From the NCBI RefSeq assembly GCF_013149785.1, contig NZ_JABEZU010000001.1:992001-1056000 (forward strand): DNA of 64,000 nt. The letters are read 5' to 3'. Made by a program: the position numbers and the translations under genes. Of the stretch, positions 46,917-57,400 are shown piece by piece (the first letter of the stretch is position 1; every line of letters starts with the position of its first letter). The notes beneath the pieces were generated by a model. That model worked only from the letters and a program-made list of their open reading frames with translations, did not search any database and was not told the origin of the DNA. This DNA comes from Isoptericola halotolerans. GTDB lineage: Bacteria > Actinomycetota > Actinomycetes > Actinomycetales > Cellulomonadaceae.

Positions 46917-48461
46917 TCAGCCGCGCAGTCGCGCCATCCAGGCCTCGACGTCCTCCGGGCGGCGGGGCAGCGCCGCGGAGAGGTTCTCGTTGCCGTCGGC
47001 GGTGACCAGCACGTCGTCCTCGATGCGCACGCCGATGCCGCGGTACTCCTCGGGCACGGCGAGGTCGTCGGCCTTGAAGTAGAGACCGGGCTCGATGGTG
47101 AAGACCATGCCGGGTTCCAGCACGCCGTCGAGGTACATCTCGCGACGGGCCTGCGCGCAGTCGTGCACGTCCAGCCCCAGGTGGTGGGAGGTGCCGTGGA
47201 CCATCCACCGACGGTGCTGCTGTCCCTCGGGGGTCAGCGCCTCGGCGGCCGGCACCGGCAGCAGGCCCCACTCCTCGAGCCGGGCGGCGATGACCTCCAT
47301 CGCGGCGGCGTGCACGTCACGGAACCGCGCCCCCGGCCGGGCGACGGCGAACGCGGCGTCCGCGGCGTCGAGCACGGCGGTGTAGATCTTGCGCTGCACG
47401 TCGGTGTACTCCCCGTCGACCGGGAGCGTGCGGGTCACGTCGGCGGTGTAGAGCTCGTCGATCTCGACCCCGCCGTCGAGCAGCACCATCTCGCCGGAGC
47501 GGACCTCACCGTCGTTGGTGATCCAGTGCAGCGTGGTGGCGTGCTCGCCGGCGGCGGCGATCGTCTCGTAACCCACGGCGTTGCCCTCGAGCCGGGCGTG
47601 CGCGTCGAACGTGGTCTCGATGACTCGCTCGCCGCGACGGTGCCCCACCGCGCGGGGCAGGACCCGGACCACGGCCTCGAACCCTTCGATCGTGCGGTCG
47701 ACGGCGGTCCGCATCAGCTCGATCTCGAGCTCGTCCTTGACCAGCCGCAGCTCGGAGGCCGCCTCGGCCAGGGACTCGTCCGACGCCGTCTCCTGCGTCC
47801 CGGCCTCGGTGCGGATCGCCTCGACCAGCGCGGCGATCTCGTCGTCGGCCTCGGTGACGACCAGCACCTGCACGCCGTCGGCGCCCACGTCCTTGGCGAG
47901 CGCCTCGCGGAGCTCGTCGACGTGCCGTGCCTCGATGCCCGTCAGCGTCGTGACGTCGTCGAGGCTGGGGCGTGCGCCGACCCAGAACTCGCCGTAGCGG
48001 GAGTCCGCGTAGAACTCCTCGGTGTCGCGGGGCGCCAGGGGGCGGACGTACAGCACGGCGTGGTGGTTCGAACCGGTGCCGTCCGCGCCGGGGTCACCCT
48101 CGCCCTCCGCGACCGGGTGCAGCACCAGCACGGCGTCGGGCTCCTGGTCGGTCCCGAGGCCGGTGAGATGGGCGAACGCGGAGTGCGGCCGGAAGCGGTA
48201 GTCGGTGTCGTTGGACCGCTGCTTGAGAGGTCCGGCAGGGAGCACGAGCCGGGCCCCCGCGAAGCGCGCGGACAGCCGTGCGCGGCGACCGGCGGTGAAC
48301 GGCACCGCCCGACCGGGTGTGATGCCGAGCTCGGGACGCGGGCCCCACTGCGAGGTGATGAAGTCCTTGAACGCCTGCGAGTCGGGGCGGTGGGAACGGT
48401 TGCTCCCACGGTCCTCGACCGTCTCGTCGGTGGTCTCGTCGACCGGGGTGGTGTCGCTCAT
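46917..48461 (-). CDS. pepP: Xaa-Pro aminopeptidase (aminopeptidase P)
   Basis: RSNDTDYRFR, YTADVTRT, HGTSHHLGLDVHD, TIEPGLY, GVRIEDD. Confidence 0.95.
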   Translation of the reverse strand: MSDTTPVDETTDETVEDRGSNRSHRPDSQAFKDFITSQWGPRPELGITPGRAVPFTAGRRARLSARFAGARLVLPAGPLKQRSNDTDYRFRPHSAFAHLTGLGTDQEPDAVLVLHPVAEGEGDPGADGTGSNHHAVLYVRPLAPRDTEEFYADSRYGEFWVGARPSLDDVTTLTGIEARHVDELREALAKDVGADGVQVLVVTEADDEIAALVEAIRTEAGTQETASDESLAEAASELRLVKDELEIELMRTAVDRTIEGFEAVVRVLPRAVGHRRGERVIETTFDAHARLEGNAVGYETIAAAGEHATTLHWITNDGEVRSGEMVLLDGGVEIDELYTADVTRTLPVDGEYTDVQRKIYTAVLDAADAAFAVARPGARFRDVHAAAMEVIAARLEEWGLLPVPAAEALTPEGQQHRRWMVHGTSHHLGLDVHDCAQARREMYLDGVLEPGMVFTIEPGLYFKADDLAVPEEYRGIGVRIEDDVLVTADGNENLSAALPRRPEDVEAWMARLRG

Positions 48462-49338
48462 GGCACTCATCCTCCACCTGCAGCACCGCCGGCGCCGCCC
48501 GGCGGTCACGTCGGGCGAACTCGTCCAGGGCGCGGATCAGCGTGCCGTTGAAGGCGGCCGGTGCGTCGGAGTTGACGTCGTGCCCGGCCTGGGGGACGAC
48601 CACGAGGGCACCGTGCGCGGCCGCGGCCAGGTGCCGGGACTCCTCGAGGCGCATCCGGTCGCGAGCGCCGTTGACGAGCCAGACGGGCGCGCGGATGGCA
48701 CGCACGTCGTCCACCGACGACCGGCCGACGAGACCGGTCAGCGCGTCGGTCACGACGTCCCACCCCGGACGGTAGGACGAGGGCCACGGCGCCCGCAGGG
48801 CGGGCACGTCGGTCCCGCCCGCCGGGCTCCGGCCGGCGGACCAGGTGCGGCGCCAGCCCCGGGCGAGGGAATGCCGCGCCGTCGTCGTGCCCGACACGGC
48901 CAGCCGCGCGGCGTCCCGGAACAGGGCCAGTGGCTTGCCACGCGGGTCGGTGCTGCAGCCGGCCGCGACGACGCCCGCGAGCCGTGGGCCGTCCGCACCC
49001 CGGCCGCGCTGGTGCTGCGCTGCCCACGCCAGCGAGACGTAGCCGCCGAGCGAGAGCCCGACCACGGCGACCGGAGCGCCTCGGGCGAACGAGGCGGCCG
49101 CCTCGTCGAGCACCTCGAACGCCCGGGGCATGGAGAACCGTTCGGCGCGCAGCGTTCCGTGCGCGGGCAGATCGACGGCGAGCGCGTCGTGACCCTCCCG
49201 ACGTACGTGGTCGACCTGTTCCCGCCAGATCGCCGACGACGTGCGCATGCCGTGCACGAAGACGACGCCGGTCCGCGGCGTCGGTGGGTGCGCGGTGGGC
49301 GGGTACGTGGCGTGCTGGTGCGTCGTGGGCAGGTCCAT
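48094..49338 (-). CDS. Alpha/beta hydrolase; folded domain ends near 48510 but the frame reads on into pepP
   Basis: VFVHGMR, DLPAHG, GLSLGG, AGHDVN. Confidence 0.75.
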   Translation of the reverse strand: MDLPTTHQHATYPPTAHPPTPRTGVVFVHGMRTSSAIWREQVDHVRREGHDALAVDLPAHGTLRAERFSMPRAFEVLDEAAASFARGAPVAVVGLSLGGYVSLAWAAQHQRGRGADGPRLAGVVAAGCSTDPRGKPLALFRDAARLAVSGTTTARHSLARGWRRTWSAGRSPAGGTDVPALRAPWPSSYRPGWDVVTDALTGLVGRSSVDDVRAIRAPVWLVNGARDRMRLEESRHLAAAAHGALVVVPQAGHDVNSDAPAAFNGTLIRALDEFARRDRRAAPAVLQVEDECHERHHPGRRDHRRDGRGPWEQPFPPPRLAGVQGLHHLAVGPASRARHHTRSGGAVHRRSPRTAVRALRGGPARAPCRTSQAAVQRHRLPLPAALRVRPSHRPRDRPGARRRAGAAPGRGGRG

Positions 49339-49434
49339 CACCTCCATGGTGTCCCGCGGTCCTATGGATCTCGCGGCCCGGCTCGGGGGGCCCGGTGAAG
49401 AGGTTGTGATCGCCTCCGTCCGTACACTTGGCGC

Positions 49435-50286
49435 GTGATCGACCTCCACACGCACTCGCGGGCCTCCGACGGGACGGACAGCCCCCGTCAGGTCATGGAG
49501 GCCGCCTCGGCCGCCGGGCTGACCACGGTCGCGCTGACCGACCACGACTCGACGAGCGGCTGGGCCGAGGCCGCCGCCTGCGTGGGGAGCACGGGGGTGG
49601 CGCTGGTGCGGGGTGCGGAGATCTCCACACGGGTCGCGGTGCCCGACGGCGGCATCAGCGTGCACCTGCTCGCCTACCTGCACGACCCGGCCCACCCCGC
49701 GCTCGTCGCCGAGCTGGCGCGCACGCGCGACGACCGGCTCGTGCGGGCGCGCACGATGGTCGACCGGCTGGCCGCAGACTTCCCGCTCACGTGGGAGGAC
49801 GTCGTGGCGCACACGCACGGTGACGCCACGGTCGGGCGACCGCACATCGCGGACGCGCTCGTGGCGGCCGGCGTCGTCGGGCACCGCGACGAGGCCTTCG
49901 CCACCATGCTGCACCCCGGCACCCCGTACTACGTGCCGCACTACGCCCCTGACACGGCCGAGGCCGTGCGCGCGGTCCTGGCGGCCGGCGGAGTGCCGGT
50001 GATGGCGCACCCCCGAGCGGGCAAGCGCGGTCGCGTCGTCACCGAGGCGACGATCGCCGAGCTGGCGGAGGTCGGGCTGGCGGGGATCGAGGTCGACCAT
50101 CGTGACCACGACGAGGCGGACCGTGCACGGCTGCGCGAGCTGGCCGCCGAGCTGGACCTGCTGATCACCGGGTCGAGCGACTATCACGGCGCCGGCAAGC
50201 TCAACCGGATCGGCGAGAACACGACCGAGCCGGAGGTGCTGGCCGAGATCGAGCGACGCGGAGGGCTGGAGGTGCTGCGACCGTGA
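49435..50286 (+). CDS. PHP domain metal-dependent phosphoesterase (TrpH-like)
   Basis: DLHTHSRASDG, ALTDHD, GRPHIA, AHP, GSSDYHG. Confidence 0.92.
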   Translation: MIDLHTHSRASDGTDSPRQVMEAASAAGLTTVALTDHDSTSGWAEAAACVGSTGVALVRGAEISTRVAVPDGGISVHLLAYLHDPAHPALVAELARTRDDRLVRARTMVDRLAADFPLTWEDVVAHTHGDATVGRPHIADALVAAGVVGHRDEAFATMLHPGTPYYVPHYAPDTAEAVRAVLAAGGVPVMAHPRAGKRGRVVTEATIAELAEVGLAGIEVDHRDHDEADRARLRELAAELDLLITGSSDYHGAGKLNRIGENTTEPEVLAEIERRGGLEVLRP

Positions 50287-50918
50287 GCGACATCATCGAC
50301 CTGACGCTCTTCACCCAGGCCTTCGTCACGCTCTGGGTGATCATGGACCCGCCCGGCACCATCCCGGTGTTCCTCGCGCTGACGTCGACCATGGGGTCCA
50401 AGCAGCGCAGCCGGGCGGCACTGCAGGCGGTCCTGGTGGCGTTCGGCGTCATCGTGACGTTCGCGCTGTTCGGTCAACAGCTCTTGCAGTACATGGGCAT
50501 CTCGTTGGCGGCCCTGCAGGCCTCGGGCGGTCTGCTGCTGCTCATCGTCGCCATGCAGCTCCTCACCGGGAAGTTCGACTCCGGAGAGGCGACGGCCGCG
50601 ACCCCCGGCGCGAACGTCGCGCTGGTGCCCCTGGGGACGCCGCTCCTGGCGGGCCCGGGGGCCATCGTGGCGACGATGGTGTTCGTGCAGCAGGCGCGGT
50701 CGGACGACGGCGGGGTGCCGGCGATCGTGGCCATCTCGGTCGCGATCGTGCTGGTGCACGTGTCCCTCTACCTGGCGATGCGCTTCGCCGACGTCCTGCA
50801 CCGCGTGCTCAAGGACTCCGGTGTCACCCTCATCACGCGCATCGCCGGCATCCTGCTCGCGGCGATCGCGGTGCAGCAGATCGCCGACGCGATCGTGGAG
50901 TTCGTGCGCACGGCCTGA
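50283..50918 (+). CDS. MarC family membrane protein
   Basis: IMDPPGTIPVF, VPLGTPLLAGPGAI. Confidence 0.92.
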   Translation: MSDIIDLTLFTQAFVTLWVIMDPPGTIPVFLALTSTMGSKQRSRAALQAVLVAFGVIVTFALFGQQLLQYMGISLAALQASGGLLLLIVAMQLLTGKFDSGEATAATPGANVALVPLGTPLLAGPGAIVATMVFVQQARSDDGGVPAIVAISVAIVLVHVSLYLAMRFADVLHRVLKDSGVTLITRIAGILLAAIAVQQIADAIVEFVRTA

Positions 50919-50945
50919 TCCGCCGGACCTGACCGGTCGCCGCAC

Positions 50946-51242
50946 CTACACCGAGGTCGCCAGCGTGACCGTGACGGGGTCACCGCCGCCGAGACCTTCG
51001 GCCCGGCGGACCGCCTTCTTCATCGGCAGCACGTAGCCGTCCTGTTCCTTGGACGGGAAGACCGAGGTGTGCCACGTCGTCGTCCCGACGGTGACCCGGA
51101 CCCGGATCGACCCGAAACCACGCGGTGGCAGGGGCAGGTCCGCGAGCAGGTCCGACTCGTCCGGCGGCACCGTGACGAACCACCAGGAGTCGTCCTGACG
51201 GGCCTGCCACTGCCACAGCGGTGCGGTGAAGGACAGCTCCAT
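50946..51242 (-). CDS. DUF1905 domain protein
   Basis: FTAPLWQW, WWFVTVP, GFGSIRV, W.TSVFP, LPMKKAVR. Confidence 0.88.
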   Translation of the reverse strand: MELSFTAPLWQWQARQDDSWWFVTVPPDESDLLADLPLPPRGFGSIRVRVTVGTTTWHTSVFPSKEQDGYVLPMKKAVRRAEGLGGGDPVTVTLATSV

Positions 51243-51263
51243 GCGCCCCACCCTAGCCAGGAG

Positions 51264-51327
51264 GTGTCGGACAGGAGCGTGGGCCCGCGCTCCATCTGGA
51301 GCACGGGCCCACGCTCCTGTTCGACAC
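51264..51327. repeat. Long hairpin resembling the 8794/11347 REP-like family; probable terminator of the helicase gene
   Basis: gtgtcggacaggagcgtgggcccg..tcca-tc-tgga..cgggcccacgctcctgttcgacac. Confidence 0.75.
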
Positions 51328-51338
51328 GCGAGGTGCGA

Positions 51339-53018
51339 TCAGCTCTCTGCGGGAGCGGACGGCGCGGCGTCACCCGCACCCGTGCCGCTCCGCGTGCGCC
51401 GACGCCGCCGACGACGGCGCTGGCCGTCGCCGGGTCCCTCACCGGCGGGAGCGGACTCCTCGGCGCGCGCCTCGCCGTCGGGCCGGGTGGCGCCGGAGCG
51501 GCGCGCCTCGCCGTCGGGCCGACCGCCGCGCCCGCTGTCGCGACGGTCACGACCGCCGCGCCCGCCGTCACGACCGCCGCGCCCGCGCTCGCCGCCCTGG
51601 CCGCGGCCGCCGTCGCGGGGCCCGGCCGTCCGCTTGCCGGTCTCACCGAGGTCCTCGAGCTCCTCGGCGTCGAGCCCGCCGAGCTTCTGGGCGTTCTTCG
51701 GCAGCCGGCCCTTGGTGCCCTCGGGGATCCCGAGGTCGGAGAACAGGTGCGGCGACGACGAGTACGTCTCGACCGGCTCGGGGAAGCCGAGGTCGAGGGT
51801 GCGGTCGATCATCTGCCAGCGGGGCACGTCGTCCCAGTCGACGAACGTGATGGCGGTGCCCTTGTTGCCGGCACGGCCGGTACGCCCGATGCGGTGCAGG
51901 TAGGTGCGCTCGTCCTCGGGGCACTGGTAGTTGATCACGTGCGTGACGTCCGTGACGTCGATCCCACGGGCGGCGACGTCGGTGGCCACGAGGACGTCGA
52001 TGTTGCCGTGCCGCAGCGCGCGCAGCGCCTGCTCGCGCGCCCCCTGGCCGAGGTCGCCGTGGATGGCGCCGGCGGCGAACCCGCGGCTGCGCAGCTCGTC
52101 GGAGACCTTGGCCGCGGTGCGCTTGGTGCGGGCGAACACGATCGTGCGACCGCGGCCCTCGGCCTGGAGGATGCGGGCCAGCACCTCGACCTTGTCCAGG
52201 GCGTGAGCCCGGTAGACGACCTGACGGGTGTTCTTCACCGTCGCGCCGTCGTCGTCCGGGTCCGCCGCGCGGATGTGCGTCGGCTGCGACATGTAGCGCC
52301 GGGCCATGGAGACGACCGGTCCGGGCATGGTGGCGGAGAAGAGCATGGTGTGGCGCACGGCGGGGGTGCGGGACAGGATCTTCTCGACGTCGGGCAGGAA
52401 GCCGAGGTCGAGCATCTCGTCGGCCTCGTCGAGCACCACGGTCGCGGCGCGCGTGAGGTTGAGGTGGCCCTGGTTGAGCAGGTCGACCATGCGGCCCGGC
52501 GTGCCCACCACGACCTCGACGCCGGTGTTCAGCGTCTCGATCTGCGGCTCGTACGCGCGGCCGCCGTAGATCTGCACGATGCGGACGCTGCGGTGCTTCG
52601 AGGCGGTCTCCAGGTCGCGCGCCACCTGCGAGGCCAGCTCGCGGGTGGGGGCGACGACGAGCGCCTGCGGCTTGCCGGGGGCGGGCAGCTCGTCGAACCC
52701 GGGCTCGCCGGGCGCGACGACACGGTGCAGCAGCGGCACGCCGAAGCCGAGCGTCTTGCCCGTACCGGTCTTGGCCTGGCCGATGATGTCATGGCCCTGC
52801 AGGGCGACCGGGAGCGTCATCGCCTGGATGGGGAAGGGGTGGGTGATGCCGGAGTCGCTGAGGGCCCGGACGATCTCCTCGCGGACGCCGAAGTCCGCAA
52901 AGCTCACGTCCTGGGCCTGGATGGCCGCTGCGCTCGAGTAGTCGAGGTCGCCGATGGGCTGGTCGCCGTCGACGGGAGCGGCGGAGGCGCCGTCCGGGGT
53001 GATGTCTGTGGTGGTCAC
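51339..53018 (-). CDS. DEAD-box RNA helicase (RhlE-like)
   Basis: Q motif, AKTGTGKT, PTRELA, DEAD, SAT, ARGID, HRIGRTGRAG; RG-rich tail. Confidence 0.96.
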   Translation of the reverse strand: MTTTDITPDGASAAPVDGDQPIGDLDYSSAAAIQAQDVSFADFGVREEIVRALSDSGITHPFPIQAMTLPVALQGHDIIGQAKTGTGKTLGFGVPLLHRVVAPGEPGFDELPAPGKPQALVVAPTRELASQVARDLETASKHRSVRIVQIYGGRAYEPQIETLNTGVEVVVGTPGRMVDLLNQGHLNLTRAATVVLDEADEMLDLGFLPDVEKILSRTPAVRHTMLFSATMPGPVVSMARRYMSQPTHIRAADPDDDGATVKNTRQVVYRAHALDKVEVLARILQAEGRGRTIVFARTKRTAAKVSDELRSRGFAAGAIHGDLGQGAREQALRALRHGNIDVLVATDVAARGIDVTDVTHVINYQCPEDERTYLHRIGRTGRAGNKGTAITFVDWDDVPRWQMIDRTLDLGFPEPVETYSSSPHLFSDLGIPEGTKGRLPKNAQKLGGLDAEELEDLGETGKRTAGPRDGGRGQGGERGRGGRDGGRGGRDRRDSGRGGRPDGEARRSGATRPDGEARAEESAPAGEGPGDGQRRRRRRRRTRSGTGAGDAAPSAPAES

Positions 53019-53251
53019 TGGTGCCTTCGCATGTCGTCGGCGCGACGGACCACGATGCTGCCCGAAGGGCTTGCCGCGGGTCGCACGCAGCGCCGAGGTG
53101 GTCGGCAGCCGATCGCGAAAGTACATCGCGCGGTGAGCGCGGAGGGTCTGCATCGAGACGACCGGGCAACCGAAGTACCACACCATGGTATCGGAACGCA
53201 CGCCGATCGGCGGGAGGTGTCGGTCACCGTGCCACCTATCCTGGTGCGGTG

Positions 53252-54007
53252 ATGAGCCCTCGCGGCGCCGCCGGCGTCGATCCCTCCGTGCCCGCACCGG
53301 TCGTCGAGCTCGTGGGGCTCGCCGCCTACACCGAGCTGGCGGAGTTCGGGCTGCTGGCTGCGCGGTCCGTGGACGCCCCGGATCTCGCGACGCGTCAGGC
53401 GCTCGCCGACGGGGCCGACCGGGCCCTGGCCCGCCAGCGCGCGCTGCTGGCCCTGGTGAGTGCCGACGACGGAGTGGTCCCCGGCGTGGTCGGTGCGACC
53501 GTGATGGCGCCGTTCGACCACGCGCTCGCCGACTTCGACGCGCGCACGGACACCGAGGACTGGTCCGAGGGTCTCCTCAAGGGCGTCGTCGGGCACGGCG
53601 TCGCCCAGGACTTCTGCCGCGTCCTCGCCGGCGGTCTCGGCGGGTCGAGCGGCCGCGCCGTGCGCCAGGTGCTCGAGAGGCCCGCCCCGGGGCCCGAGGC
53701 GGGGGCCGACGCCGGCGCCGACGCCGAGGCGATCTGGCTGCTGGCCCGCCTCGCCGCCGCCGACGACGTGCTCTCCTCCCGGCTGGCCCTGTGGGGTCGG
53801 CGGGTGGTGGGCGAGGCCCTGGGCGTGGTCACCGCGCTGCTGGGGCGGCGTCCGGCGCTCGTGGAGCTGGCCGCGGAGGCTGCAGCGCGCTCCGGTGCGG
53901 ACCTGGGCGGGGGGTCAGGGGGCGACGACGCGGTGCGCAGCTGGCTGGTCGCCCGGCTCACCGGTGAGCACACACGCCGGATGGACCGGATGCGCCTCGC
54001 GGCGTGA
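53252..54007 (+). CDS. Ferritin-like fold protein (MiaE_2 type)
   Basis: LAAYTEL, DWSEGLLK, RLALWGRRVVGEAL, HTRRM; typical divergent partner of this helicase. Confidence 0.85.
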   Translation: MSPRGAAGVDPSVPAPVVELVGLAAYTELAEFGLLAARSVDAPDLATRQALADGADRALARQRALLALVSADDGVVPGVVGATVMAPFDHALADFDARTDTEDWSEGLLKGVVGHGVAQDFCRVLAGGLGGSSGRAVRQVLERPAPGPEAGADAGADAEAIWLLARLAAADDVLSSRLALWGRRVVGEALGVVTALLGRRPALVELAAEAAARSGADLGGGSGGDDAVRSWLVARLTGEHTRRMDRMRLAA

Positions 54008-54070
54008 GGACGGCCCGGTGGTCGTGATGACCGACCGGGCCGTCGTCGTGCAGGAGCCTCGGGCGCCTGC

Positions 54071-54295
54071 TCAGAGGCTGCCGAAGCCCACCGGCCGCTG
54101 GTCCCCGGTGCCGATCTCGACGTAGCCGAGGGTGGCCGTCGGGACGATGATCTGGCGACCCTTGGTGTCGGTGAACTCGAGCGCGGGCCCGCCGTCGAGC
54201 GCCTTGCGGACGGCCTTGGCGACGTCGTCGGCCTTCTGGTCGGTCTCGAACACCAGCTCGCGGCTCAGGTTCTGCACACCGATCGTGATCTCCAC
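54071..54295 (-). CDS. DUF3107 domain protein
   Basis: EITIGVQNLSREL..DTKGRQIIVP..LGYVEIG..VGFG. Confidence 0.9.
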   Translation of the reverse strand: MEITIGVQNLSRELVFETDQKADDVAKAVRKALDGGPALEFTDTKGRQIIVPTATLGYVEIGTGDQRPVGFGSL

Positions 54296-54468
54296 GTTGA
54301 CTCCTTCGCGCGAGGCGCCGCGACCTGCGGCGCCGGTTGGACGGCCTCCCCCCGATCCTATGCACCCGGTGCCGGTCCGAGCGGCGGCGTCCGCGCAGGG
54401 TGAACGCCTCGCCGGCACGCCCCGGGTGGTCGGAGACGATGTCAGGGGCTCGTGGTCGAATCACACCC

Positions 54469-57400
54469 GTGACAGCAAGTGCTCCCGTCCGTCTCGTGCC
54501 GCCGGCCCCCGCGCAGAACGCCGCCGGGGCCGGCCTCGTGCTGGACGAGACGCAGGAGGCGGCGGTGGTCGCCGCGCTCAGGGGCGCGGCGACCCTCGTG
54601 GTGGGCGCGCCGGGCACGGGGAAGACGACGGTGGCGCGCGAGGTCGCCGTCCGGGCGATCGTCGACAGCGTCGAGCCGTCGCGGGTGCTCGTCCTGGCCG
54701 CTACCCGGCGCTCCGCCGCACGGCTGCGCGACGAGGTCGCCGCCGGCGCCGGCCGCACGATCGGTGCGCCGATGGTGCGCACGGCTGCGTCCGCGGCGTT
54801 CTCGGTCCTGCGCACGCGTGCCGCGGCCCTCGGTGAACCGCCGCCCACGCTGGTCTCCGGTCCGGAGCAGGACCTCGTGCTGGCCGAGCTCCTGGCCGGT
54901 CACCTGGCGGGCGAGGGCACGCCGCTGGCTCTCCCGGAGGGTCTGCCCGAGGAGTCGCTCGGGCTGCGGGGTCTGCGCCAGGAGCTGCGGGACCTGCTCA
55001 TGCGCGCGGCGGAACGGGGCCTGACGCCCGTCGACCTGGACGAGCTGGGCCGCCGGCACGAGCGACCCGAGTGGGCGCTCGCCGCTCGACTCTACGAGGA
55101 GTACCTCGACGTCACCGCGCTCCGGCTCGGGACGCCGGACGCGGGCGCGCGCTACGACCCCGCCGTCGTGGTCGACGAGGCGGCGCACGCCCTCGCGACG
55201 TGGGACGTGCCGGGTACGGCCGCCCCCACCTGGGACCTGGTCGTCGTGGACGACCACCAGGAGTCCACGGTCGCGACCGCCCGGCTGCTCGGGACGCTGC
55301 ACGACGCCGGGGCGAGGCTCGTGCTGCTCGCGGACCCTGACGCCGCCGTCCAGGGTTTCCGTGGTGCGGCCCCCGTCCTGGTCGGGCGGGCCGCGGCACG
55401 CCGGGGCGAGGTCGGAGCCTTCGACGCCACCACGGTCGTGCTCGGCACCGCCTGGCGGCAGCCGGAGCGGCTGCGCGAGGTCACGCAGGCGATCACGTCT
55501 CGCGTCGCCGCGGTCTCCGGTGCCCTGCACCGCGGGGCGTCGCCCCGCCCGGGCCCGGCGCCCGACGGCGACCCCCCGGCAACGGACGGCGGGACCGGCA
55601 GCGAAGCGCTGGCGGCGGACGCGGCCCCGCCGGACCTCGACGCACAGGTCCACGTGGCGGTCCTCGCCGGGACGGCCCAGGAAGCCGCGTACATCGCCCG
55701 GGAGCTGCGCGCCGAGCACCTGCTGCGCGGCACCCCGTGGGAGCGGATGGCGGTGGTCGCTCGCAGCGGCGACCGACTGGCCGCGCTGCGTCGCGACCTC
55801 GTCGCCGCCTCCGTGCCCGTGGCGCTGATCGGCTCCGACGTCCCGTTGCGCGACGAGCCCGCCGTCGTCCCGCTCCTCGCGGCGCTGCGCGTGTGCGCGG
55901 CGCCGGTCGGGCTCGACCGGATGCTGGCCGAGCTGAGGTCTGTCGCCCCGACGGCCCACCACGATGCCGAGGCCGGCGACGACGCCACGGATGGTCCGGT
56001 GGACGGCGTCGCGCACCCCGATCCCGAGCCGGTCCTCGACGCGCCGCTGCCGGGCGCCGGACGGCTGCCGGCCCTGGATGCGCAGACGGCCGCTCTGCTG
56101 CTCACGTCCCCGGTCGGCGGCCTGGACGCCGTGTCCCTGCGACGGCTCCGTCGTGCCCTGCGCTCCGAGGAGCTGTCCGGTGGCGGTGGACGGTCGTCGG
56201 ACGCCCTGCTCGTCGACGTCCTGGGCGACCCGGCACGGGCCGCGACGCTCCCGGCACCGGTGCGTCGTGGTCCCGCAGCGGTCGCCCGGGTCCTCGCTGC
56301 CGGTCGCGAGGCAGCGGCGGTCGACGGTGCCACCGCCCAGACGGTGCTGTGGTCCGTCTGGGCGGCCACGGGACTGGCGGACCGCTGGCGCGACGCGGCC
56401 CTGTCCGGGGGGCCGGCGGGGGCGCGGGCGGACCGCGACCTCGATGCCGTGCTCGCGCTGTTCCGGGCGGCCGAGACCTACGTGGAGCGGATGCCGGGCG
56501 CTCCGGTGGCCGCGTTCGTGGACTATGTCGCCGCGCAGGACCTTCCGGCGGACTCGCTCGCTGCCGCGGCCACCGGCGCACGCGCGGTCGAGGCGTTGAC
56601 CCCGGCCGGCGCGGCGGGGCGCGAGTGGGACGTCGTGGTGGTGGCCGGCGTGCAGGACGGCGTGTGGCCGGACCTGCGCCTGCGTGACTCCCTGCTCGGC
56701 TCCCAGGCGCTGGTCGAGCTGCTCGCCGGCCGCGCTCAGGACGCCCACGGTGTCGGCAAGGAGGCCCGCGCGCAGGTGCTCGCGGACGAGCTGCGCGCCT
56801 TCGTGGTCGCGGTCTCGCGGGCGCGGCAGCGGCTGCTCGTCACGGCCGTCGAGGACGCCGAGGACAGCCCGTCGGTGTTCTGCGACCTCGTCTCGCCGCG
56901 GGGCGAGGGCGAGACGGACGGACCCGACCCGCGACGTGTCCCTGTCGGGCCGCCGCTCGACCTGCGCGGGGTCGTGGCCGCGGCGCGGGCGGAGCTCGTC
57001 CGCTCCGCGACGGCACGCCTGGCCGCGGGCGCCGGACGTCCTCCGGGTGTGGCCGAGGTGTCCTCGCAGGAGGACGGCAAGATGCCCGACCCGCGCGTGC
57101 AGACGGCCGCGGCGCTGCTGGCCCGGCTGGCCGACGCAGGCGTGCCCGAGGCCGACCCCCGGACCTGGTACGGGGTCGCGCAGGCCTCCAGCGCGGAGCC
57201 GCTGTGGGGGCCGAACGACGAGGTGGTCGTCTCACCCTCGAAGGTCGACACCGTCACGACCTGTGCGCTGCGGTGGGTCTTCGAGTCGGCCGGCGGGACC
57301 GCTCCCGACGCGACCCACCAGACGCTCGGCACGCTGGTGCACAGCATCGCGGAGGACCACCCCTCCGCCTCTCTCGGCGTGCTCCGTGCCGAGCTGGACC

